Origin: an uncultured Actinomycetota bacterium
Lineage (GTDB): Bacteria; Actinomycetota; Actinomycetes; JACCUZ01
Assembly (NCBI GenBank): GCA_963705885.1
Contig: OY970120.1
Location: forward strand, 2,671,219-2,735,218
Direction: 5' to 3'
DNA length: 64,000 bases
Shown: in pieces, positions 53,929-62,996 of the stretch
How the letters are laid out: the number at the start of each line of letters is the position of its first letter
Position numbering within the stretch: position 1 is the stretch's first letter
The notes under the pieces: generated by a model
The model's input: only the letters and a program-made list of their open reading frames with translations
The model's database searches: none
What the model was told of the DNA's origin: nothing
Program-made: the position numbers and the translations under genes

Positions 53929-54501
53929 GTGACCGTCCTCGCCCTCGCCCTGCTCGCGCTGGCCACCCTCGCGCCGCTGCTGGTCGTCCCCGTCCGGCGG
54001 GTGGTGGACGACCCGGTCGTCCCGGTCGCCGCGGCGACCGCGCTGCTCCTCGCCCTGGCCGCAGCCGTCGCGGCCAGGGTCGACCCCGCGTCGGGCTGGC
54101 GCGCGGCCGCGGCGGCCGTCCTGGGCGTCGCGCTGGCCACGACCGGTGGCGGGCTCGTGGTCCGCTCGGTGTTCCGGCTCATGCGACGCGAGTTCCTCCC
54201 CGCCCGCACCAACCGCAGGGCCTCGGACCCCGAGACCTCCGACGCTCCTCCCGCGACGGCCGCCGAGCCCGGCACGGTGCTGCGCGGCGGCGCCTGGATC
54301 GGCTACCTCGAGCGGCTGGCCGTCGCCGCGACGCTGCTCGCCGGCTGGCCCGAGGGCATCGCCCTCGTGCTCGCCGTCAAGGGTGTCGGCCGCTACGCCG
54401 AGCTGCGCGAGCCCAACGCCCCTGAGGCGTTCATCATCGGCACCCTGGCCAGCCTGCTGTGGGCCACGGCTGCCGCGGGCACGGCCCACCTGCTGCGCTA
54501 G
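53929..54501 (+). CDS. hypothetical membrane protein, putative SatD partner (DUF3307-like?)
   Basis: GTG start at 53929. Hydrophobic helices VTVLALALLALATLAPLLVV, AATALLLALAAAVAA, AAVLGVALATTGGGLVV, plus conserved-looking WIGYLERLAVAATLLAGWPEGIALVLAVKGVGRY. Continuous codon bias from the upstream gene. Confidence 0.45.
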   Translation: MTVLALALLALATLAPLLVVPVRRVVDDPVVPVAAATALLLALAAAVAARVDPASGWRAAAAAVLGVALATTGGGLVVRSVFRLMRREFLPARTNRRASDPETSDAPPATAAEPGTVLRGGAWIGYLERLAVAATLLAGWPEGIALVLAVKGVGRYAELREPNAPEAFIIGTLASLLWATAAAGTAHLLR

Positions 54502-54510
54502 CGTCCCGCC

Positions 54511-55515
54511 ATGCGCATCCTCGTGATCGGCGGCACCCGTTTCATCGGTCGCCACGTCGTCGACCAGGCGGTCGCCAGGGGCCACGACGTGACCGTGTTC
54601 CACCGCGGCCGCAGCGGCAGCGACCTGTTCCGTGACGACGACCGGGTCGACCTGCGCATCGGCGACCGCGACTCCGACCTCACCGCGTTGGCCGACGGCC
54701 GCTGGGACGCGACCGTGGACACGTGCGCGTACTTCCCCCGGCAGGTGCAGGCGCTGGCCGACGCGCTCGGCGACCGAGCCGGCCGCTACCTGCTCGTGTC
54801 CAGCGTCTCGGCCTACGCGCCGCCGACGCACGCCGGCTACACCGAGGACTCGCCGCTGGCCGAGCTCGACGACCCGAGCACGGAGGAGGTCACCGGCGAG
54901 ACCTACGGCGGCCTGAAGGTGCTGTGCGAGCGGGCGGCCCTCGACCGGTTCGGCCGGGCCACCACGATCGTGCGGCCGACCTACGTCGTCGGGCCCGACG
55001 ACTACACCTGGCGGTTCCCGTGGTGGGTCGACCGGATGGCACGGGGCGGCGAGGTGCTCGCCCCCGGACCGGCCGACGCGCCGTCGCAGGTGATCGACGT
55101 CCGCGACATGGCGTCGTGGATGGTCGGCCTGCTGGAGCGGCACGGGTCCGGCGCGTTCCACGCCGCAAGCCCGCCCCCGCCCTTCACCTGGGGAGAGCTG
55201 CTCACGGCGGTCCGCGACGCCGTCGCACCGGCCGGCACCACGCTGCGCTGGGTGGACGGGGACTTCCTGCTCGGCGAGGGCGTCGACGACGGCGCGCTGC
55301 CGTTGTGGAGCGCGGGCGACCCTGACGTGCTGATGATGACCGCCGACCCGGCCCGGGCCGTTGCGACCGGTCTGGCCCCCCGGTCGCTCGCCGAGACGGT
55401 CCGCGACACGTGGGCCTGGACGCAGCATGCGGACATGCCCGAGGGCACCGGCCTCTCCGCGGACCGCGAGCGCGACCTGCTGGCCGGTTGGCGGTCGCGT
55501 CAGGCCCGTGTGTAG
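54511..55515 (+). CDS. NAD-dependent epimerase/dehydratase family protein (SDR superfamily)
   Basis: Rossmann motif MRILVIGGTRFIGRHVV; YxxxK-containing extended SDR fold. Confidence 0.8.
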   Translation: MRILVIGGTRFIGRHVVDQAVARGHDVTVFHRGRSGSDLFRDDDRVDLRIGDRDSDLTALADGRWDATVDTCAYFPRQVQALADALGDRAGRYLLVSSVSAYAPPTHAGYTEDSPLAELDDPSTEEVTGETYGGLKVLCERAALDRFGRATTIVRPTYVVGPDDYTWRFPWWVDRMARGGEVLAPGPADAPSQVIDVRDMASWMVGLLERHGSGAFHAASPPPPFTWGELLTAVRDAVAPAGTTLRWVDGDFLLGEGVDDGALPLWSAGDPDVLMMTADPARAVATGLAPRSLAETVRDTWAWTQHADMPEGTGLSADRERDLLAGWRSRQARV

Positions 55516-56760
55516 AGCACGATGCCCAGGCACATCTCGTCGGACGTGCCCTCCCCCCAGGTGACGTAGCGGGGCTGCTCGTCGGCCAGCTCGGGGACGA
55601 GCGAGCGCAGCGACGCGTCGTGGGTGCACGTGACGCGCAGCCGGTCACCGGGCCGCACCCGCACCGGCCGGTCCAGCGGGTCCGCGCCCTGGTCGTCGAA
55701 GTCCCACACGGGGCGGTCCAGCAGCCGTCGCGACGTCTCGCCGTCCCGGACGAGGTCCACGGTGATCGACCGGCCGAGCAGGTGCATGTGACCGGCCACG
55801 GCGCGCACGTCCAGCGTCGTGTCCACCCGGCGGTCGCAAGCGCTGCGTCGGACCCGCGCGCGGCGCGACGAGGTTGCCGTCGCAGAGCAGCTGAAGACCC
55901 GACACGGTGCGGCCCGAGGACTCGCCGAACCGGCTCACCAGGTCGAGCATCGACCGCGACCGGTCGCACATCGGCCCGGACTCGTCGGGCGTGCACGGCA
56001 GCTCGACCGGGGCGACGAGCAGCATCGTCTGCAGCGGCTGGAGGTCGGCCGTGCCGGGCATGGTGCGGAGCCGGACCGCCGTGTCGTCGGGCTCGGTGCC
56101 CTCGCGCAGGTTGTAGTGGAGCTGCAGCACGATGCGGCTGCCCGGCTCCAGCAGCTTGCCGACGCCGCCGCGGTAGACCGTCTCGCCGCCGCCGGGGGCC
56201 CAGCCCGCCAGCCACGGCGCTGAGTCAAGGGCTCCGACCGCGGACCCGGAACGGTTCGGCAGCGCCCCGCCGCCGAAGCAGGTCCAGCCGCGGCCAGCAG
56301 TTGCCGCGTCGTGCCGCTCGGCGGCGGCCACCTGGTCGGGCGCCACCACGTAGAGGATGGCGTGGTGCACGACGGCCGGGTTCCCGGGCAGGACGTTGGA
56401 CCCGGTGACGAACGCCTTCTCCGTCAACCCCGGGTCGACGAGGAAGCACCGGTAGTCGTCGAGCCCGCCGTCGGGTCCGCTGGGGGTGTAGGGGCCGCCG
56501 GGGAGCCGGATGGTCACGGACCGCTCGCCGGGGCGCAGCGGCAGCGCGGCCGGTGCGGCGGCGACCTGCTCGGAGGTGTCGCCCGTGGTGCCGTGGTCGT
56601 GCGCGCTGTGGTCGTGGGGGAACACCGCCGCCGCGCGCTCGTCGCTGCCTGGGCTGCCGGACGGGTCCGACGAGCAGGCGGCGAGCAGCAGCGCGGCTGC
56701 CAGCAGGACCAGCGGGGCGCGCCGACACAGCCCCCCTCCTCGCCGGCCGGTACGCACCAC
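55500..56760 (-). pseudogene. copper type II ascorbate-dependent monooxygenase-like (PHM/DBH-like) lipoprotein, disrupted by a frameshift (or sequencing error)
   Basis: Lipoprotein signal LVLLAAALLLAACSS. N-domain DDYRCFLVDPG...PAVVHHAILYVV...LQLHYN (CuH His-His...His pattern) is in the frame of ORF 55645..56760. C-domain AGHMHLLGRS...EMCLGIVLY (CuM HxH...M) is in the frame of ORF 55500..55826. The break is at about 55826-55870, in a GC-rich run. Confidence 0.6.
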
Positions 56761-56833
56761 CCGCCGATCCTAGGCTTCCCGACGGCCCGGCAGGGGTAGA
56801 CGACAACGACTGCCCCTTGCGCGAGGAGAGCCC

Positions 56834-57655
56834 ATGAGCACCCGACTGTCCAGCGGTCGCGGAGCCGCCCACCAGGCGGCCAACAGCGACGCCGTGAACA
56901 AGGCCGCCCGTGTCGGCTTCCTGGCCAAGGGCCTGGTCTACGCGCTCATCGGAGTCCTGGCGGTGCAGGTGGCCCTGGGCGACTCGCAGCAGGCCGACCA
57001 GAAGGGAGCGCTGCAGGCAGTCGCCGAGCGGCCCGGCGGCACCGTCGTGCTGTGGCTGATGGTCGGCGGGTTCGTCGGCTACGCGCTGTGGCGCTTCAGC
57101 GAGGCGGCCTGGGGTCGCCGCGACGAGACCGACGACCGCAAGCGCACCGCGAAGCGCCTCGGCTCGGCGGTCAACGGGCTGGTCTACCTGGCCTTCGCCG
57201 TCCTCGCCTTCCGCACGGTCACCTCGTCCTCATCCTCCGGCAGCGAGAGCTCCTCGCTCACCGCGAAGGCCCTGGAGTGGCCGGGGGGCCAGGTGCTCGT
57301 GGGCATCGCGGGTCTGGTCGTGATCGTCATCGCCGGCGCCCTGACGGTCCGCGGGCTCAAGACCGACTTCGAGAAGCACCTCGACACCGGCCGCATGGGA
57401 AGCACCACGTTCACCGTCGTCCGCCGGCTCGGCCAGGTCGGCTACGTGGCCCGCGGGCTCGTCTTCGGCCTGGTCGGCGTGCTCGTCGTCAAGGCGGCGC
57501 TCGACCACCAGCCGGGCAAGGCCGAGGGGTTCGACGTCGCGCTCAAGTCGCTCGCCGACGCACCGTTCGGTCCGGCGCTGCTGGTCGCGGCCGGCCTCGG
57601 CCTGGTCTGCTTCGGGGCCTACTGCGTCGCCGAGGCGCGCTACCGCCGCCTCTGA
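56834..57655 (+). CDS. DUF1206 domain-containing membrane protein
   Basis: 273 aa. Repeated DUF1206 modules (ARVGFLAKGLVYALIGVLAV; YVARGLVFGLVGVLVV). Ser-rich linker. Confidence 0.7.
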   Translation: MSTRLSSGRGAAHQAANSDAVNKAARVGFLAKGLVYALIGVLAVQVALGDSQQADQKGALQAVAERPGGTVVLWLMVGGFVGYALWRFSEAAWGRRDETDDRKRTAKRLGSAVNGLVYLAFAVLAFRTVTSSSSSGSESSSLTAKALEWPGGQVLVGIAGLVVIVIAGALTVRGLKTDFEKHLDTGRMGSTTFTVVRRLGQVGYVARGLVFGLVGVLVVKAALDHQPGKAEGFDVALKSLADAPFGPALLVAAGLGLVCFGAYCVAEARYRRL

Positions 57656-58449
57656 CCGAGGGCGTAGAACGCGACCGCGGCTGCTGCCGCGACGTTGAGG
57701 GAGTCCACGCCGGCGGCCATCGGGATCCGCACGAGATGGTCAGCCGTGGACGTCGCGCCCTCGGAGAGCCCGGGTCCCTCCGCACCCAGCAGGAGGGCGC
57801 AGCGGTCGGTCACGCCCGGCGGGAGCTCGGCGAGCGGCGTGGCGGCGGGGTCGGGGGTGAGCGCGAGCACCGAGAAGCCGAGGTCCCGCAACCGGTGCAG
57901 GCCATCCGGCCACGAGTCCATCCGGGACCAGGGCACGGCGAAGACGGCACCCATCGAGACCTTGACCGAGCGCCGGTAGAGCGGGTCCGCGCAGCGCGGG
58001 CTGACCAGCACGGCGTCGATGCCGAGCCCGGCCGCGCCGCGGATGACGGCTCCCACGTTGGTGTGGTCGACCAGGTCCTCGAGCACCGCGATGCGCCGGG
58101 ACCGGGCCGCGAGGTCCAGCGCGTCGGGCAGGGGCAGCCTGCCCATCGCCGCGAGGGCGCCGCGGTGCACGGAGTAGCCGGTGACCTCCTCGAGCACGTC
58201 GCGCGACGCCACGTAGACCGGGGCGTGCAGCGTGTCGAGCAGGTCCGCGAGCGCCGGCAGCCACTTCTCCTCCAGCAGGACCGAGCGCACCGGGTAGCCC
58301 GCGGCGACCGCCCGGCGGATGACCTTCTCGCCCTCGGCGATGAACAGGCCCTCGGCCGGCTCCCGGGCACGGCGCAGCACGACGTCGGTCAGGCCCACGT
58401 AGTCGCCGAGCTCGTCGGCGCCGGTCGACACCCGCACGATCGCGCCCAC
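57640..58449 (-). CDS. TrmH/SpoU family RNA 2'-O-methyltransferase
   Basis: Start trimmed to the GTG at 58449. SPOUT motifs NVGAVIRGAAGLGIDAV, LLLGAEGPGLS, IPMAAGVDSLNVAAAAAVAFY. Confidence 0.8.
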   Translation of the reverse strand: MGAIVRVSTGADELGDYVGLTDVVLRRAREPAEGLFIAEGEKVIRRAVAAGYPVRSVLLEEKWLPALADLLDTLHAPVYVASRDVLEEVTGYSVHRGALAAMGRLPLPDALDLAARSRRIAVLEDLVDHTNVGAVIRGAAGLGIDAVLVSPRCADPLYRRSVKVSMGAVFAVPWSRMDSWPDGLHRLRDLGFSVLALTPDPAATPLAELPPGVTDRCALLLGAEGPGLSEGATSTADHLVRIPMAAGVDSLNVAAAAAVAFYALGQRRR

Positions 58450-58615
58450 CCGGCCATGCTGCCCTACCGGTCCCGCGACAAGTGGTGCATAGGCACCCTT
58501 ACACCTCCAGACCCGGGTTGCCGACACAGGGAGGAGCACCGGTGCGAGACCGGCGCGCTCGCCCCGCTCCGCCCAGGCGCGCGGCGGGACGACGTACGGC
58601 GGGGAGGCGGGCCGG

Positions 58616-60901
58616 ATGCGAGACGCCACCGACGCCTCCGCTGCGGGCGTCCCTCCCGTCGCACCGCCCCGGCCCGGCCTGCACGCCGCGCTGCTCGTCC
58701 TCGGTCCCCTCCTCGTCGGTCTCGTCGTCACCGCCCAGGTCGTCGGGGCCAACTGGCTGTCGGCGCTGGCCATGCTCGTGGCCGCCGGCTGGACCGGCGG
58801 CGCCCTCGTCGTCGGGGTGCGGCGGTACCGTCCCGCCCTGCCCCGCCCCTGGCTCGCCCTCGCGGTCGCCACGGGGATCTTCGTGGCCGGCGCCGTCGCC
58901 CGGGTGGTGCTGAGCGGCTCGCCGCTGTCGCCCCTCGCCGACGTCCTGTCGCTCTCCGGCTACGCGACGACGCTCTACGCGTTCAGCAGCCTCCTCCGCG
59001 GCCGGGGCTCGGTAGCCGGCGACCGGCACGAGCTCGCCGACGGCGTGATCGTCATGACGGCCGCGGCGTCGGCGGCCGTGGCGTTGCTCACCGTCCCCAC
59101 CCTCACCGGGACGGACCTCCCCCGCGTGTACGCCGCTGTGCAGGGCATCTACCCGCTCATCGACGTGGCCGTCATCGGCGTCATCCTGATGCTCTCCTGG
59201 ACGTCCGCGGTCGCCGCGACCTCGTTCCGGCTGCTGGCGGGGGCGATCGTCGCGATGCTGGTGGGCGACCTCGCGTACGCGCTGGCGGCCCGTGAGGGGC
59301 AGCTCGTCGCCCCTCCGCTCGTCGACGGCGCCTACGTGCTCGCGTTCCTCTTCCTCGGCACCGCGGCCCTGCACCCGTCGATGGCCGCGCTGAGCGCCGT
59401 CCAGCGACGACCGGTGCAGCCCTGGTCCCCCGGCCGCCTCGCCGTCCTGGTCGTCTGCGTGGCGCTGCCCGCCGCGCTGCGCGTCCGGCCGGACGTGCAC
59501 GCCGCGGAGCGGACCGTCCTCGCGATCGGTTCGGCCGTGATGCTGACCGCCCTGCTCGTGCGCGCGGTGGGCGCGGTGAACGCCCACAGCCGGGCCCAGG
59601 ACGTGCTCCGCCACCAGGCGACGCACGACTCGCTCACCGGCCTCGCCAACCGCGCGCACCTGGTCACGCTGGTGTCCGGGCTGCTGGAGGACGCGACGCG
59701 TCGCGGTGGCGGTGTGGAGATCGTCTCCCTGGACCTCGACGGCTTCCAGATGGTCAACGAGTCGTGGGGTCACGACCTCGGTGACCAGCTGCTCAGAGAG
59801 GCGGCATCGCGACTCCGGGCGCTGACCGGGCCGCACGAGGTGCTCGCCCGCACGGACGGCGACCAGTTCGTGCTCGCCCGCGCCGTGGACGCCGACGAGG
59901 GCATCTCGCCCGCCGCCGGCTTGCTCGAGGCCTACCGGCGGCCGTGGCCGCTGTTCGGCCGCGCCTTCGTCCTCACGGCGTCGCTCGGGTCCGTCGTCGC
60001 GACCCGCGTCACGCCGGAGGTCACCGCCACCGGGCTGCTGCAGGACGCGGACACCGCCATGCACCGGGCCAAGGTCGCCGGGCGCAACCGGTGGGTGCAG
60101 TTCGACCCGTCGATGCACGAGACCGTCCGGTCGCGGCTCGAGACGGAGATGGAGCTGCGGGGGGCCCTCGAGCGCGGCGAGCTGAGCCTGCACTACCAGC
60201 CGGTCGTCCGGCTCGCCGACGCCCGCGTGGAGGGCTTCGAGGCGCTGCTGCGGTGGACCCACCCCGAGCTGGGGCAGGTGCCGCCGCTGGACTTCGTCGG
60301 CATCGCCGAGGAGACCGGACTCATCGAGGACATCGGCCGCTGGGTCATCAGCACCGCGCTGTCCGAGCTGACCGCCTGGTCGCGGGGCGACCTCTCGATG
60401 GCGGTCAACGTCTCCGCCCGCCAGCTCGGCGACCCCGCCCTGGTGGACCACGTCCACGAGGCGCTCGACCGGTTCGGCGTCGACCCGCGGCGGCTGACCC
60501 TGGAGATCACCGAGTCGGTGCTGGCCGACGACGCGGCCTCGCTCGCCGTCGTCCGCCAGCTGCGCGGGCTCGGCGTCCAGGTGTCCGTCGACGACTTCGG
60601 CACCGGCTACTCGTCGCTGGCGCACCTGCGGCGGTTCCCGGTGAACAGCCTCAAGGTGGACCGGTCCTTCGTCGCCGGGGTCGCGGAGGACGCCGGCGCC
60701 GAGGCCATCGTGCGGGCGATCGTCGCCCTGGCCCACGAGATGGACCTCCTCGTCGTCGCGGAGGGCGTGGAGACCTCCCGGCAGGCCGAGGCGCTGCTCG
60801 CGATGGGCGTCGAGTCGGCCCAGGGCTGGCTGTTCGGGCGTCCCGCGTGCGCGGCGGCCGTCGCCGAGACCGTCCGCGCCGAGCGACCCGTCCTCAGCTA
60901 G
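58616..60901 (+). CDS. membrane-anchored GGDEF-EAL protein (diguanylate cyclase/phosphodiesterase)
   Basis: N-terminal about 300 aa with multiple TM helices. GGDEF-region motif DLDGFQMVNESWGHDLGD. EAL domain with EALLRW, DDFGTGYSSL, and the conserved E...KVD...EGVE residues. Confidence 0.85.
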   Translation: MRDATDASAAGVPPVAPPRPGLHAALLVLGPLLVGLVVTAQVVGANWLSALAMLVAAGWTGGALVVGVRRYRPALPRPWLALAVATGIFVAGAVARVVLSGSPLSPLADVLSLSGYATTLYAFSSLLRGRGSVAGDRHELADGVIVMTAAASAAVALLTVPTLTGTDLPRVYAAVQGIYPLIDVAVIGVILMLSWTSAVAATSFRLLAGAIVAMLVGDLAYALAAREGQLVAPPLVDGAYVLAFLFLGTAALHPSMAALSAVQRRPVQPWSPGRLAVLVVCVALPAALRVRPDVHAAERTVLAIGSAVMLTALLVRAVGAVNAHSRAQDVLRHQATHDSLTGLANRAHLVTLVSGLLEDATRRGGGVEIVSLDLDGFQMVNESWGHDLGDQLLREAASRLRALTGPHEVLARTDGDQFVLARAVDADEGISPAAGLLEAYRRPWPLFGRAFVLTASLGSVVATRVTPEVTATGLLQDADTAMHRAKVAGRNRWVQFDPSMHETVRSRLETEMELRGALERGELSLHYQPVVRLADARVEGFEALLRWTHPELGQVPPLDFVGIAEETGLIEDIGRWVISTALSELTAWSRGDLSMAVNVSARQLGDPALVDHVHEALDRFGVDPRRLTLEITESVLADDAASLAVVRQLRGLGVQVSVDDFGTGYSSLAHLRRFPVNSLKVDRSFVAGVAEDAGAEAIVRAIVALAHEMDLLVVAEGVETSRQAEALLAMGVESAQGWLFGRPACAAAVAETVRAERPVLS

Positions 60902-61652
60902 CCACGATCTGGGCGATCGCGACCAGGCCCACCAGGACCACGAGGCCCCGCAGCACCGGCTGCGGCACCCGGCGGCCGATGCGCGCGCCCACCTGCCCGC
61001 CGACGGTCGCGCCGACCGCGACCAGGCCCGCCGCCTCCCACGCGACGTCGGTGACCGCGACGAACAGCAGCGCGGCGACCGCGTTGACCAGCAGCGCGAG
61101 CACGTTCTTGGCCGCGTTCACCCGCTGGAGGTGCTCGTCGAGCAGCAGGCCGAGCACCGCGATGAGCAGCACGCCCTGCGCCGCACCGAAGTAGCCGCCG
61201 TAGACCCCCGCTCCGAAGACGGCGACGTGCAGCAGCGGGCCACCGTGCTCCCGGCGTCCCCCCTCGTCCCGCGCCCGCAGGCGCCCGGCCAGCCGGGGCT
61301 GGACCACGACGAGCACGCAGGCCAGCCCGATCAGCACCGGCACGATCGCGCGGAACGCCGCCTCGGGCAGGGTCAGCAGCAGGACCCCGCCGGTCAGGCC
61401 GCCGAGCACCGACGCCACACCCAGCCGCACCAGCCGGCGCCCCTGTCCCGCGAGCTCGGCGCGGTAGCCGATCGCACCGCTGAGCGACCCCGGCACCAGC
61501 CCGACGGTGTTCGTCACGTTCGCCAGGACGGGTGGGTAGCCGGCCGCGAGCAGCGCGGGGAACGTGACGAGCGTCCCGGACCCGACGACGGTGTTGATGG
61601 TCCCCGCGGCCAACCCGGCCAGCGCGACGACGGCCGCCTCCCAGAGGGTCAC
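60894..61652 (-). CDS. sulfite exporter TauE/SafE family membrane protein
   Basis: Start trimmed to the GTG at 61652. 4+4 TM repeats with GxGGG-like motifs (GTINTVVGSGT; YGGYFGAAQG). Confidence 0.8.
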   Translation of the reverse strand: MTLWEAAVVALAGLAAGTINTVVGSGTLVTFPALLAAGYPPVLANVTNTVGLVPGSLSGAIGYRAELAGQGRRLVRLGVASVLGGLTGGVLLLTLPEAAFRAIVPVLIGLACVLVVVQPRLAGRLRARDEGGRREHGGPLLHVAVFGAGVYGGYFGAAQGVLLIAVLGLLLDEHLQRVNAAKNVLALLVNAVAALLFVAVTDVAWEAAGLVAVGATVGGQVGARIGRRVPQPVLRGLVVLVGLVAIAQIVAS

Positions 61653-61764
61653 CGCCGGCCCGCCACGGCGCCGATCCTCACCGGTGCCCGGCGATGAGGC
61701 AAATGGGTGCCCCCGGCCGCGAGGCCGGCCCGGGCGGGTCAAGGCGACCTCCGGCCAGGCCGAC

Positions 61765-62856
61765 GTACGACGGGTGAGCCCTCGCACCCTGCGGCCTGCT
61801 GCCGCGCTGGTCGCGGGCGTCCTGCTGTGCGCCGTGCCGGTCTCGCCGGCCCGGGCCGAGACCGCGCAGGAGGCCCGCGCCGCGGCACGCGCCGCGGCCG
61901 CGCGGGTGACCGAGATGCAGCCCGGCGTGGAGCGCGCGCTGCGCGCCTACGAGCGCGCGCTCGGCAGCCTGGCCGCCGGGGTCAGCCGGAGCATCGTCGC
62001 CGACCAGGCGGCCGACGCAGCGGCCCAGGTCGAGGCGGCACGCCGGGCGGCGGCGAGCGACCGCGTACGGGCGCTCTACATGACCGGGGGCACGGCCGCG
62101 CTCTACGCCAGCGTCATGGACGCCGCCAGCGCGTCCGACGCCCTCGTGCGCGTCGCCTACGTGCAGCGGCTCGTGGCCTCGGGGTCCGCCGACGCGCTGG
62201 CCGGTACGGCGGAGACGACCCGCCTGCGCGAACGGGCCGGCCGCCTCGAGGCACGCGCCGACGCCGGGGCGGTCAGAGCCTCGCAGGTCCAGCGCCGCTA
62301 CGAGGCGCTCGTGGCCCGGCTCGGCGACGCGACCGCCCAGGTCGATGCGCTCAGCGAGCGGGCGCGTGGGCTCGAGGAGGCGCAGCGCCTGCTCGACCGC
62401 ATCGCGGCGCTCAACGCGGCGGTGGACGCCACGGGTGCCCAGCGGGTCGCGACCGCGCGGGCCAGCGCGACCGTCCCGCCGCTGTACCAGCGGCTCTACG
62501 TCCAGGCCGCGCGCACCTGCCGGGGCATGTCGTGGACGCTGCTGGCCGCGATCGGTCAGGTCGAGTCGGGTCACGGCGCCAACCCGGGCACGTCCTACGC
62601 GGGCGCCCAGGGCCCGATGCAGTTCATGCCGGCCACCTTCGCGGCGTACGGCGTGGACGGCGACGGCGACGGCGACCGCGACGTCCAGGACCCGGCCGAC
62701 GCGGTGTTCTCGGCGGCGAACTACCTGTGCCGCAACGGCGCCGGCCGCGGCCCGGACGCCCTGGCCCGGGCGGTCTGGCACTACAACCACGCCGAGTGGT
62801 ACGTCCAGCTGGTGCTCAAGCTGGCCGGCCAGTACGCCCAGCGCGACGGCGCCTGA
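61765..62856 (+). CDS. secreted lytic transglycosylase domain protein with N-terminal coiled coil
   Basis: Signal peptide (RPAAALVAGVLLCAVPVSPARA). SLT catalytic motifs GQVESGHG, GPMQFMPATF, AANYL. The exact start among nearby GTGs is uncertain. Confidence 0.7.
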   Translation, partial: VRRVSPRTLRPAAALVAGVLLCAVPVSPARAETAQEARAAARAAAARVTEMQPGVERALRAYERALGSLAAGVSRSIVADQAADAAAQVEAARRAAASDRVRALYMTGGTAALYASVMDAASASDALVRVAYVQRLVASGSADALAGTAETTRLRERAGRLEARADAGAVRASQVQRRYEALVARLGDATAQVDALSERARGLEEAQRLLDRIAALNAAVDATGAQRVATARASATVPPLYQRLYVQAARTCRGMSWTLLAAIGQVESGHGANPGTSYAGAQGPMQFMPATFAAYGVDGDGDGDRDVQDPADAVFSAANYLCRNGAGRGPDALARAVWHYNHAEWYVQLVLKLAGQYAQRDGA

Positions 62857-62996
62857 GCACCCACGAACATTGCGCTGACACACCACCTCCGCGGCGTGCC
62901 CGGTGCGGGAGCGCACATTCGGTGTCGTACGAGAGCGCACGCCGGTCACCCAGGCGCGGGGAGGTGAGGAGCGGGCGGACGACGGGCCGCGCCGGG

